Below, in pieces: positions 30,509 to 39,777 of a stretch of 64,000 nucleotides of DNA (its first letter is position 1; every line of letters begins with the position of its first letter). The stretch is from positions 8,833 through 72,832 of the forward strand of contig CAVPRG010000002.1 in assembly GCA_963707745.1 (NCBI GenBank). The letters run 5' to 3'. This DNA is from an uncultured Actinomycetota bacterium. Lineage in GTDB: Bacteria; Actinomycetota; Actinomycetes; Mycobacteriales; Mycobacteriaceae. The position numbers were made by a program, and so were the translations under genes. The notes below the pieces were generated by a model. It was not told the DNA's origin and did not search any database. It was given only the letters and a program-made list of their open reading frames with translations.

Positions 30509-31774
30509 CCAGGTTGTCCATACTGTGCCGAGTTGCGCGGAGGTCCGTCGATCGGGCCGAACAGCGCCTGCTTGAGCCCGTCGGAGTTCCACTGCCACCG
30601 CTGGTTGCCGTAGCGGTAGGGATTGGTGCCGACGTCGGCGACGACCTTGGGCGGGGTGTTGTCGAACTGAAGTGGCAACTGGCCCTTGCACTGTGAACCG
30701 CCCGTGGCTGCGACCCTCGGCAAGTCCTGCGGGTAGCGGTAGCGTTCGATTCCAAGAGTGAGGGCCCCGAGGTCGTTGACTCCGGGAACCGGGGCGGGGG
30801 GTTTGAGCGCGAACAAGAGCACGCCTTTGAGCGCACAGGTAAGAGCCTCGTGATACTCGTTCGTCAGGTCCGTCGTCGGGACCAGCAGATGCATGACGTT
30901 TGCGAGAGCGTCGCCGTTACCGCCGATGACGTCGTTGCCGGTGTCGGCCAAGCCGATGCTGGAGACCAGGAATCGGTCCAGATCGGACTGCTGGTCGACG
31001 AGCGTGCGACTGACGCTGACTGCTGTTCCTGACGATGCCGATGAGGTCGGGCGCCGCATCGGCGTAGGCGTTGGCCACCTCGGGCAGCGCGCGCAGGTCG
31101 CCGCTCAGTTGGGGCAAGCTCGGCTCGATCTTGGCCAGGAAGGCGTTGAAGTCGCTTAGCGAACGTCCGAACGCGTCGCCGCGGCCGCTGAATGCCGTCG
31201 ACACCGCTCCGAGGGTTTCGTTGAGCTTTGCGGGCTCGATGTGCGACAGGACCGAATTGAGTTGTTCGAATATCGTGTTCACCTCGACGGTGACGTGCCG
31301 GGAGTCCAGCACCTGGCCGGCGCGTAGCGGTGTCCCCGATGGGTCGGGGGGTGGCGTGAACTCGACCGACTTCGCGCCGAACACCGTCTGCGAGCCGATC
31401 TCGACGTGCACGTTGTCGGGCACAATGCGCAATCGGGCCGGGTCGATGGCCAGCATGAGCCGGGCGCGCCCGTCCGAGGTCTCGTCGACGGCTGCGACCG
31501 TACCGATCTCGGCCCCGTTCAGCTTCACCTTGGAACCGGGAATGAGGAGCAGCCCGGCCCTGTCGGCCATGACCGTCACCGCGTCGGTCTTGACGAAACT
31601 GCCGTTGAACGCCGCGATGGCGGCCGCGACCACGCCTGCGATCACGAGGACGGAGATCAAACCGACCACGGGTCGCTTGTAGCTTCGCGCGCCGAAGTCG
31701 CGTCCGGGTGCTGCGGCGACCGGACCTGCTTTGGTCGCGGCACTCCACGGCGGCTTCGTCAGACCTGGCCGCAC
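30505..31774 (-). pseudogene. mceA: MCE-family protein, first position (MceA-type), frame broken
   Basis: ORF 30917..31774 (TM segment plus VMADRAGLLLIPGSKVKLNGAEIGTV) reads sensibly to ...DLIGIVRN. It continues as TAVSVSRTLVDQQSDLDRFLVSS... in ORF 30505..31059. The shift lies within 31024-31027. Confidence 0.8.
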
Positions 31775-32044
31775 GCGGCCGCCCGCTCCAGGTCGCCGGG
31801 CGCCCGGAGGGCGTGCATGATCGCCGGGTCGTAGGCGCTGACCAGCGTTGCGCCGTCGACCAGCGAGATGCTGGCGGCGATCAAGTCCGTCCCCCTAAGA
31901 TGTTGTGATCTGAGTCTCATGCTTGCAGTGACGAGAAGAGTACACACGACACAATAGAAGCTCAAGATGTTTTGAGAACTAGTTGTGCTCTTGCTAATCT
32001 AGAGAATAAGGTTCTACTTCTAGCAGGTAGTTAGGAGATCGAAA

Positions 32045-33514
32045 GTGCCGATTCTCGCGGAACGGCGGACCTATGTCGCAGGTCAGTGGGTGACCGGCGA
32101 CCAAGTGGTCAGCGTCGAGAACCCCGCCGACGAGACTCACGTCGGCGACGTCACCGTCACGCCGCTTGCAGGGTTCGAACGGGCCATCGCCGAGGCTCGG
32201 CGGAGCTTTGATTCGGGCGTGTGGGCCGACCTGCCCGTGACGGAGCGCGCCAAGACATTGCATGCCTTCGTCGATTACATCGAAGGTTGCCGCGAGACGC
32301 TGGTCCCTACCCTTGTTGCCGAGGCCGGGCAGCCGACGGCGTTCGCCGACATGACACAGGTCGGCAGCGGGCTGTCGCTGGCTCGTAACACCATCGACCT
32401 GTATCTGTCGATGACGCACGAAGAGGCGAGCCCCGTGCCGGTGGACGAGCTCGTCCGAGGGCGGGTCGCCCTCAGCATGCGCAGGCACGAGCCGATCGGC
32501 GTGGTGGCGGCCATCACGCCCTACAACGCCGCATTGCTGATGGGTTTCCAGAAGCTCATTCCCGCCCTGATGGCTGGCAACTCGATCATCTTGCGGCCCA
32601 GCCCGCTGACGCCGATTTCATCACTGATCTTCGGTGCCGCCGCCGATGCGGCCGGCCTGCCCGCAGGAGTACTGAGTGTCGTGGTGGAGGAAGGCATCGA
32701 GGGCGCGGGGTTGCTGACCAGCCACCCCGCCGTCGACATGGTTTCCTTCACCGGTTCCACAGTGGCCGGCCGCAAGATAATCGCCCAGTCCGCTCCGACC
32801 GTGAAGCGACTGTCCATGGAGCTCGGCGGCAAATCGGCACAGATCTACTTGGCGGACGCGGTGCACCGGGCCGCCATCGGTGCGCTCGGGGTCGTCTACT
32901 ACACCTGCGGCCAGGCCTGTGTGGCGGCCACCCGGATGCTGGTTCCTGAAGACCGCAAGGGCGAAGTGTTGGAGGCCGTCAGCGCCGCCTACGGTTCGCT
33001 CAAGGTCGGCGCGCCCACCGATCCCGCGGTCGCGATAGGCCCCCTGATCAGTGCCGCGCAGCGCGAAAAGTGCGAGCAGTACGTGCAATTGGCGGAGGAT
33101 CACGGCGGCAAGGTATTCAGTGGCGGGAGCCGTCCGGCGGGCCTCGACAAGGGTTATTACTTCGAGCCGACGGTGCTGGACCTGCCGAACAACGCCAACC
33201 CCGCTGCGCAAGAAGAGATCTTCGGCCCGGTGATCGGCGTACTCGGATACCGCGATCTCGACGATGCGGTCGCGATCGCCAACGACAGCCCCTACGGGTT
33301 GTCGGCTCAGGTATACGGCGCGGACGTCGCGGCGGCGGTGGCGGTAGGCCGCAAGCTGCGGGCCGGCGCGGTCAACGTCAACGCCACCGTCTTCAGCGCT
33401 TATGCGCCCAGTGGCGGCTACAAGCAGAGTGGCTTGGGCCGTGAACGGGGTCCCGACGGGATCCGCGAATTTCAAGAAGTCAAACACATGGCGATAGGAG
33501 AGTTGGCCCGATGA
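32045..33514 (+). CDS. NAD(P)-dependent aldehyde dehydrogenase
   Basis: 489 aa with FTGSTVAGRKI, MELGGKSAQI and EEIFGPV motifs. GTG start preceded by GGAGATCGAAA. Confidence 0.93.
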   Translation: MPILAERRTYVAGQWVTGDQVVSVENPADETHVGDVTVTPLAGFERAIAEARRSFDSGVWADLPVTERAKTLHAFVDYIEGCRETLVPTLVAEAGQPTAFADMTQVGSGLSLARNTIDLYLSMTHEEASPVPVDELVRGRVALSMRRHEPIGVVAAITPYNAALLMGFQKLIPALMAGNSIILRPSPLTPISSLIFGAAADAAGLPAGVLSVVVEEGIEGAGLLTSHPAVDMVSFTGSTVAGRKIIAQSAPTVKRLSMELGGKSAQIYLADAVHRAAIGALGVVYYTCGQACVAATRMLVPEDRKGEVLEAVSAAYGSLKVGAPTDPAVAIGPLISAAQREKCEQYVQLAEDHGGKVFSGGSRPAGLDKGYYFEPTVLDLPNNANPAAQEEIFGPVIGVLGYRDLDDAVAIANDSPYGLSAQVYGADVAAAVAVGRKLRAGAVNVNATVFSAYAPSGGYKQSGLGRERGPDGIREFQEVKHMAIGELAR

Positions 33515-34731
33515 GCAACGAAACCGACGGCAGCACATACAACTTGGACTGGTTGATCTCGGTTGACGATCACATTCTCGAGCCGCCGAACCTGTGGGTC
33601 GACCGGGTCGCCGCGAAGGATAAGGACCGCGCGCCCAACATGCAGACCGACGACAATGGCATGGACGTCTGGGTGTACGACGGCAAGAGGATGCCCAGTT
33701 CGGGCCTGAGCGCGGTTGTCGGCAAGTCCAAGGAGGAGTTCAGCCCAGAGCCACTGAACTACGCAGAGATGCGGCCCGGGTGCTACGACGCAAAGGCGCG
33801 AGTCGAGGACATGGACCAGTCGGGCGTGCTTGCGTCGCTGTGCTTTCCGACCCTACCCCGGTTCTGCGGGCAGCTGTTCATGGAAGCCAGCGACCGCGAG
33901 TTCGGTTTCCAGTGCCTGCAGATCTACAACGACTGGCTGGTGGAGGAATGGTGCGGTGCCGCGCCGGGACGCTACATCCCGCTGATGCTGATCCCCATGT
34001 GGGATCCGCAGCTGGCCGTCAAGGAGATGGAGCGCATGGCTGCCAGAGGCGTGACTTCGTTCGCCTTCTCCGAGAACCCGGAGCCGTTGGGACTGCCCAC
34101 GATTCACGACGCCAACCATTATTGGGATCCCGTCATGGCTGCGGCCAACGACCTCGGCATGGTGGCGAGCATGCACGTCGGCTCGTCGTCCACGCTGCCC
34201 AGGATCTGCAACGACGCACCCTTCATGGCCAACCTGACATGGGGCGCCTCGCGCACCTCGGGCACCATGCTGTCCTGGATCTTCAGCGGGCTCTTCCAGC
34301 GCTACCCCAACCTGAAGATCGCCCTGTCGGAAGGTGAGATCGGGTGGGCGCCTTACTTCCTGGAGCGCGCCGAGCAGGTTCTGGACAAACAACGGTATTG
34401 GGTGAAGCGGGGCACGAAGTTCATGGGCCACGCCGGCAACGAGGCCGATCTCGACACGCTCGACATCCGCGAATCGTTCCGCAACCACATCTTCGGCTGC
34501 ATCATCGAAGACCGCCACGCGATGAAGAGCCTCGACGAAATCGGCGAGGACAACGTGATGTGCGAAACCGATTATCCGCACTCGGACTCGACATGGCCGA
34601 ACTGCATCGACGTCGCCCGCGACACGATGAAGGATCTGCCGGAGAGCGTCCAGTACAAACTGCTCCGCGGCAACGCCGAGCGGCTGTACCGGTTCACTCC
34701 GGCAGAGCCGCCCGTGCTGGCGACGGTCTAG
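33511..34731 (+). CDS. Amidohydrolase-2 (ACMSD-like metal-dependent hydrolase/decarboxylase) family protein
   Basis: ATGA overlap with the aldH stop. 406 aa with ISVDDHILEP, SMHVGSS and MCETDYPHSDSTWP, typical of the PF04909-type TIM-barrel hydrolases. Confidence 0.82.
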   Translation: MSNETDGSTYNLDWLISVDDHILEPPNLWVDRVAAKDKDRAPNMQTDDNGMDVWVYDGKRMPSSGLSAVVGKSKEEFSPEPLNYAEMRPGCYDAKARVEDMDQSGVLASLCFPTLPRFCGQLFMEASDREFGFQCLQIYNDWLVEEWCGAAPGRYIPLMLIPMWDPQLAVKEMERMAARGVTSFAFSENPEPLGLPTIHDANHYWDPVMAAANDLGMVASMHVGSSSTLPRICNDAPFMANLTWGASRTSGTMLSWIFSGLFQRYPNLKIALSEGEIGWAPYFLERAEQVLDKQRYWVKRGTKFMGHAGNEADLDTLDIRESFRNHIFGCIIEDRHAMKSLDEIGEDNVMCETDYPHSDSTWPNCIDVARDTMKDLPESVQYKLLRGNAERLYRFTPAEPPVLATV

Positions 34732-34735
34732 GCCA

Positions 34736-35521
34736 GTGGCAGGTCTATTGGATGGCAAGAGCGCCATCGTCACCGGCGCCGGCTCCGGCGTCGGACGGGT
34801 GTCCGCCCAGCGCTTCGCGCAGGAGGGCGCCAAGGTGGTTGCTGCCGACATCAACGTCGACAACGCCAAAGAGACTGTGCGCGACATCGAATCGGCGGGC
34901 GGGACCGCCATCGCAATCGGAGTCGACGTCTCGAACGAGCAGCAGGTGCAGGCGATGATCGCCGCCGCGGTCGACCAGTACGGCCGGCTCGACATCTTGT
35001 TCAATAATGTCGGCATCCCGACGCCGCGACTCGGGTTGACCTTCGAGGAGCACACGTTCGAGGACTTCAACCGTCTGATTGCGGTAAATCTCGGCGGGGT
35101 CTTCCTCGGGTGCAAGTACGCGGTGCTGCAGTTCAAGGAACAAGGTGACGGCGGCGTCATCCTCAACACCGCTTCGGTTGCGGGACTTGTGGGTTGGGGC
35201 GGCACGGTTTACGGAGCCACGAAGGGCGGCGTCATCCAGCTCACCCGGGGTGTGGCCGTCGAAGCCGCTCCATTCGGAATCCGGGTCAACGCTATCTGCC
35301 CAGCTGCCATGCCGGCGACCGGCTTCATGGCGGCGGGCGGACTCGACGTCGACGGAGCTCAGCAGGCTCAGATCGCCCAAGTGGTCGGCCAGCAGCACCC
35401 GCTCGGTCGTGCCATCACAGCCGAGGACTGCGCAGAAGCCGCGGTGTACCTGGTGTCGGACGCGTCACGCAACGTCACCGGAGTTGCACTGCCCATCGAC
35501 GGTGGATTCGTGGCCAAATGA
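34736..35521 (+). CDS. SDR-family oxidoreductase
   Basis: TGAGSGVGR cofactor motif, NNVG, and YGATKGGV catalytic Tyr-Lys. Confidence 0.9.
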   Translation: MAGLLDGKSAIVTGAGSGVGRVSAQRFAQEGAKVVAADINVDNAKETVRDIESAGGTAIAIGVDVSNEQQVQAMIAAAVDQYGRLDILFNNVGIPTPRLGLTFEEHTFEDFNRLIAVNLGGVFLGCKYAVLQFKEQGDGGVILNTASVAGLVGWGGTVYGATKGGVIQLTRGVAVEAAPFGIRVNAICPAAMPATGFMAAGGLDVDGAQQAQIAQVVGQQHPLGRAITAEDCAEAAVYLVSDASRNVTGVALPIDGGFVAK

Positions 35522-36771
35522 CGACACCCACTCTCGACCGCGAGCGCCTGCGGGAGTTGTTCGATCTCCGAAGCTCATACAACGAATACACCGGCGGGAA
35601 CTATCACGACGATCCGTACCCGATCTGGCACCGGCTTCGCGAACAAGGCCCGGTGCTACCGGGCACCCTGCACGAACTGACCGGATGCACCGCGCCGTAC
35701 TTCTTTCACGGGCTGCCGTATCCCGACCGGCCGCACTTCACGGTGTTCGACTACGAAACCTGCATGGTTGCTTATCGCAATCCCGAGGTGTTCAGCTCCT
35801 CGGCAGAGCCAGTGGACATGGAAAACGGACAGCTCGGTGTCGCCAACAGCATGCTGTCGATGGGCGGCGACCAGCACAAGCGCTATCGCGCTTTGGTGCA
35901 ACCATCGTTCCTGCCGGCGAACGGCAAGTGGTGGGCCCACAATTGGATCATCGAGACGGTGGACATCCTCGTTGACGGGTTGGCCCGGGACGGCCGCGCC
36001 GAACTCAACGTCGACTTCTTCGCTGCCATCCCGCTACTCACCATCACTGGCAGTTTCGGCGTGCCCATCGAGCAGGCGCTGGAGATTCGGCAAGCGCTCG
36101 GGCACAATCCGCAGAAGGTCGTCGACATGGTCAGGCCCATCGTCGCCGCGCGCCGCGAACAACCGCAGGACGACCTGATCAGCATTTTGGTGCAGGCCGA
36201 GCTCACCGACGACGACGGAGTCACCACCCGTCTCACGGATTTGGAGATCGACTCCTTCGTGCTGCTGTTGCTCGCAGCCGGTTCGGGCACCACCTGGAAG
36301 CAGATGGGTACCACTTTCACCGCGCTGCTGCAGCGGCCTGCGCTGCTTGAGGCGGTACGCGCCGACCGAGCGCTGCTGCGGCCGGCGATCGAGGAGGCGC
36401 TGCGGTGGATGCCGACCGATCCCATGTTCTCCCGATGGGTGACGGCCGATACCGAGCTGGCCGGCGTCGAGGTGCCGGCCGGATCGGTCGTGCACCTCGC
36501 GATCGGGGCCGCCAATCGAGACCCTGCGCGCTGGGACCGCCCCGACGAATTCGATCCCACCCGAAAACTGAGGCCGTCCTTGTGTTTCGGGCAAGGCTCC
36601 CACATCTGTCTCGGTATGCACGTGGCTCGTGCGGAGATGACAGTAGCCATCTCGGCACTCCTGGACCGGCTGCCGAACCTGCGGCTCGACCCGGACGCCG
36701 AACAGCCTCGGTTCGTCGGCATGTATGAGCGTGGCGCAACCGCGATACCCGTCCTGTTCGACGCCCCGTGA
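35518..36771 (+). CDS. Cytochrome P450
   Basis: ATGA overlap with the SDR stop. AGSGTT I-helix, EEALRW (ExxR), and heme loop FGQGSHICLGMHVA. Confidence 0.92.
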   Translation: MTTPTLDRERLRELFDLRSSYNEYTGGNYHDDPYPIWHRLREQGPVLPGTLHELTGCTAPYFFHGLPYPDRPHFTVFDYETCMVAYRNPEVFSSSAEPVDMENGQLGVANSMLSMGGDQHKRYRALVQPSFLPANGKWWAHNWIIETVDILVDGLARDGRAELNVDFFAAIPLLTITGSFGVPIEQALEIRQALGHNPQKVVDMVRPIVAARREQPQDDLISILVQAELTDDDGVTTRLTDLEIDSFVLLLLAAGSGTTWKQMGTTFTALLQRPALLEAVRADRALLRPAIEEALRWMPTDPMFSRWVTADTELAGVEVPAGSVVHLAIGAANRDPARWDRPDEFDPTRKLRPSLCFGQGSHICLGMHVARAEMTVAISALLDRLPNLRLDPDAEQPRFVGMYERGATAIPVLFDAP

Positions 36772-36814
36772 GGGACCCTGGTCAACCACCGCACGCAAGG
36801 AGGACAAACAGAAG

Positions 36815-37249
36815 ATGACCCAGCCGAAGTACAGCTCACCCGATCTAACGCTCATCGGAGCCGACCACATCCGCCGGTATCGGGAGACCGACGGTGAGGT
36901 GGGCTACCTGTGGAATGGGGTACCGACTCTTCTGCTCAACGCGACCGGGCGAAAGAGTGGCACCGTCCACACTTCGGCGCTGATCTTCGCCCGCGACGGC
37001 GACGACTATCTGATCGTGGCCTCGTATGGCGGCGCGCCGAGACACCCGGCCTGGTATCTCAATTTGCAGGCTCAGCCGAACGCCGAGATCCAGGTGAAGG
37101 GCGACCGAATCGCGGTGACCGCGCGCACCGCCTCGGCGGCGGAGAAGCCGCGGCTCTGGCAGCTAGTGACCGAGGCGTGGCCGAACTACGACGTCTATCA
37201 GACGCGGACGGATCGGGAGATTCCCATCGTCGTGCTCTCACCGTCGTGA
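36815..37249 (+). CDS. Deazaflavin (F420)-dependent nitroreductase-family protein (Ddn/DUF385-like)
   Basis: AGGAGG precedes the ATG at 36815. Translation has LLLNATGRKSGTVHTSALIFARDGDDYLIVASYGGAPRHPAWYLNLQAQP, characteristic of the family. Confidence 0.85.
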   Translation: MTQPKYSSPDLTLIGADHIRRYRETDGEVGYLWNGVPTLLLNATGRKSGTVHTSALIFARDGDDYLIVASYGGAPRHPAWYLNLQAQPNAEIQVKGDRIAVTARTASAAEKPRLWQLVTEAWPNYDVYQTRTDREIPIVVLSPS

Positions 37250-37944
37250 CGAACCCCGGCCCACCACCGGTGGAGTGGGTGGAACGGGCCGTCGAGCGGT
37301 CGGCGGCCGTGCAACGCTCGCGGTTGCGGATCGCCCATCAGGTGCGGGAAATGCTTGAGGCCGCGGGCCGGCTCATCCACACCAAGGGCGACGAGTTCAC
37401 CACCCAGGAACTGTGCGCCGAAGCCGGTGTCGCGCTGCAGACGTTCTACCGCTACTTCGCCAGCAAGGACGAACTGCTCCTCGCGGTGATCGGCGACGCG
37501 ATGACCGACGCGTGCGAAAGGTGGGCGGAGGCCGCGGCCGAATTGCCCGACCCGTTGGCCCGACTGAAGTACTACCTCACGTCGACGCTGCAGCGGCTAA
37601 ACGCGCCGGGCGCTGATGCAGCAAAGGCGCGATTCATCGTCTCGACGCGCTGGCAGCTTCATCGCAATTACGCGAAGGATCTCGCCGAAGCCGAGAAGCC
37701 GTTCGTCGAACTACTGCGTGGTGAAGTCAACGCGGCGATCGAGGCTGGGTTGCTGAATTCGCCTGACCCGGAATGGGATCCATGGTTCCTTGCCGAACTC
37801 GCGCGTTCCGTGTTCCACTTCTACGCGTTCGCCGCACCGGCCGAGGGCGAGTTGGAACTCGTCGCCGAGCGGATGTGGCGGTTCTGCCTGACCGCGTTGG
37901 GTGGCACCACGGCGGCCCAGCCCCAACCTCCTGGAAAACCTTGA
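37246..37944 (+). CDS. TetR-family regulator embedded in the operon (paralog of 40428..41075)
   Basis: GTGA overlap with the upstream stop. HTH segment GDEFTTQELCAEAGVALQTFYRYFASKDEL. Confidence 0.88.
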   Translation: MTNPGPPPVEWVERAVERSAAVQRSRLRIAHQVREMLEAAGRLIHTKGDEFTTQELCAEAGVALQTFYRYFASKDELLLAVIGDAMTDACERWAEAAAELPDPLARLKYYLTSTLQRLNAPGADAAKARFIVSTRWQLHRNYAKDLAEAEKPFVELLRGEVNAAIEAGLLNSPDPEWDPWFLAELARSVFHFYAFAAPAEGELELVAERMWRFCLTALGGTTAAQPQPPGKP

Positions 37945-37957
37945 AAGGCATTGTGCA

Positions 37958-39247
37958 GTGACCGAATCAGAACCCGAAGCAGTCGACTTCGACGGCATGG
38001 ACTTCTTCACGAATCCAGCGTTCGTGCCCGATCCAAATCCCTACTTCGAGCATCTTCGCCGGCAAGGTCGCGTCGTGAAGGAGCCGCACCACGGCGTGAT
38101 GGCGGTGACGGGCTACCTCGACACGCTCGAGGTGTTCAAGGACGCCGACGCCTTCTCCAATTGCGTCTCCGTTGGGGGTCCGTTCGTCCCGCTGCCGTTC
38201 ACGCCCGAAGGTGACGACATCAGCCACCTGATCGAGCAGCACCGCACCGAGCTGCCGCTCCACGAGCACATGGTGGCCATGGACCCGCCCCGCCACACCA
38301 ATGCCCGGTCACTGTTGAGTCGGCTGCTCACCCCCAGCCGGCTGAAGGCCAACCAGGACTTCCTCTGGGGCCTCGCGGACCGCCAGCTCGACGAATTCGT
38401 CGAAGCCGGCGAGTGTGAGTTCCTGACCGCGTACTCGAAACCTTTCTCGCTGTTGGCCATTGCCGACTTGTTGGGCGTTCCGAGGAACGACCACGACGTG
38501 TTCCTCGAGGTGTTGGCCAACCCGCATCTGATGGGCAACATCGAGGGGGAGGCGGCATCGATCAACCCGCTCGAGTTCCTCGACGAGAAGTTCAGCGCGT
38601 ACATCGAGGACCGCCGCGCGGAACCCCGCGACGACGTACTCAGCGAGCTTGCGTCGGCCACCTATCCGGACGGCTCGCTACCCGAGGTCAGCGATGTCGT
38701 CCGCACCGCGACATTCCTCTTCGGGGCGGGCCAGGAGACCACGGCCAAACTCCTCGGTGCTGCGCTGCGCATCCTGTGCGACCGTCCGGATCTCCAACAG
38801 ACCCTGCGCGCAGACCCGAGTCAGGTGCCCGTCTTCATCGAGGAGACCCTGCGACTGGAGAGTCCGGTGAAGACCGACTTCCGACTGGCGCGGAAGTCGA
38901 CGACGATCGCCGGCGTCGACATTCCGGCGGGCACGGTCGTGATGGTCTCGCCCGGGGCCGCGAACCGCGACCCCGATCGCTTCGAGTGCCCGCACGAGTT
39001 CCGGCTGGACCGCAAGAACGTCCGCGAGCAAGTCGCCTTCGCCCGCGGCGTGCATTCATGTCCCGGTGCGCCCCTGGCCCGGGTGGAAGGACGCATATCG
39101 CTGGAGCGAATCTTGGCTCGTATGGCGGACATCACCGTCGACGAGGACTTCCATGGTCCGGTCGATGACCGCCGCTACACCTACGAGCCGACGTTCATCT
39201 TGCGCGGGCTGACGGACTTGCACCTGCGCTTCGCGCCGGTCGGCTGA
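37958..39247 (+). CDS. Cytochrome P450
   Basis: GTG at 37958. GAGQETT I-helix, ETLRLESP (ExxR), and heme loop FARGVHSCPGAPLA. Confidence 0.9.
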   Translation: MTESEPEAVDFDGMDFFTNPAFVPDPNPYFEHLRRQGRVVKEPHHGVMAVTGYLDTLEVFKDADAFSNCVSVGGPFVPLPFTPEGDDISHLIEQHRTELPLHEHMVAMDPPRHTNARSLLSRLLTPSRLKANQDFLWGLADRQLDEFVEAGECEFLTAYSKPFSLLAIADLLGVPRNDHDVFLEVLANPHLMGNIEGEAASINPLEFLDEKFSAYIEDRRAEPRDDVLSELASATYPDGSLPEVSDVVRTATFLFGAGQETTAKLLGAALRILCDRPDLQQTLRADPSQVPVFIEETLRLESPVKTDFRLARKSTTIAGVDIPAGTVVMVSPGAANRDPDRFECPHEFRLDRKNVREQVAFARGVHSCPGAPLARVEGRISLERILARMADITVDEDFHGPVDDRRYTYEPTFILRGLTDLHLRFAPVG

Positions 39248-39251
39248 GGCC

Positions 39252-39767
39252 GTGGCGACCGGTCCGGCGATGGGGATGCGGATTGCCGCGGTGTGCGGTG
39301 CCGCCTTGGTCGCCGCTGTCACCGCCGCACCCGCGGCGCACGCCGACGATGCCGCGCTCAACGGGAGGTTCCTAGCGACGTCGAACGGCGACTGGGCCAC
39401 GACCAACGACGTGTATCGGAACGAGGCGAGCACTCGGAGTACGTGGACCATCGAGATGACGTGTACCAACGTCGTCACGTGTTCGGGTCACGTCACCAGT
39501 GACGCCGGCTGGAGCGCCGACATCGTCACGACCAATGGCGAGTACATCGTGCAGCGAGAGCTTCCGAACTGGGAGCCATGCGCCGACGGTCGGACCGTCA
39601 CGGGTCATCAGCGCTACCGGTTCTTCCCCGTCGACGACAACGGATATGTGCGGCCGGGCTCGCGAGTATTCGCCGGGTTCGACAAGACGTCGGGGGAGAG
39701 CGGCGGATGCAGTCTGAACGAGCAGCTGGAGATCGACATGCCCTTGCGGCTGGAGAAGCTGGACTGA
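39252..39767 (+). CDS. Secreted Cys-containing protein of unknown function
   Basis: Signal peptide MRIAAVCGAALVAAVTAAPAAHA/DD. Starts 4 nt after the P450 stop. No family recognised with confidence. Confidence 0.7.
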   Translation: MATGPAMGMRIAAVCGAALVAAVTAAPAAHADDAALNGRFLATSNGDWATTNDVYRNEASTRSTWTIEMTCTNVVTCSGHVTSDAGWSADIVTTNGEYIVQRELPNWEPCADGRTVTGHQRYRFFPVDDNGYVRPGSRVFAGFDKTSGESGGCSLNEQLEIDMPLRLEKLD

Positions 39768-39777
39768 CGGCTGTCGT

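Noticed and set aside
36910-37245. N-terminal extension of ORF 36910..37944 (the TetR gene)
   Set aside because: The extension overlaps the Ddn-like gene in another frame and is Arg/Gly-rich. A GTG at 37246 gives a clean GTGA coupling and a normal-length TetR.
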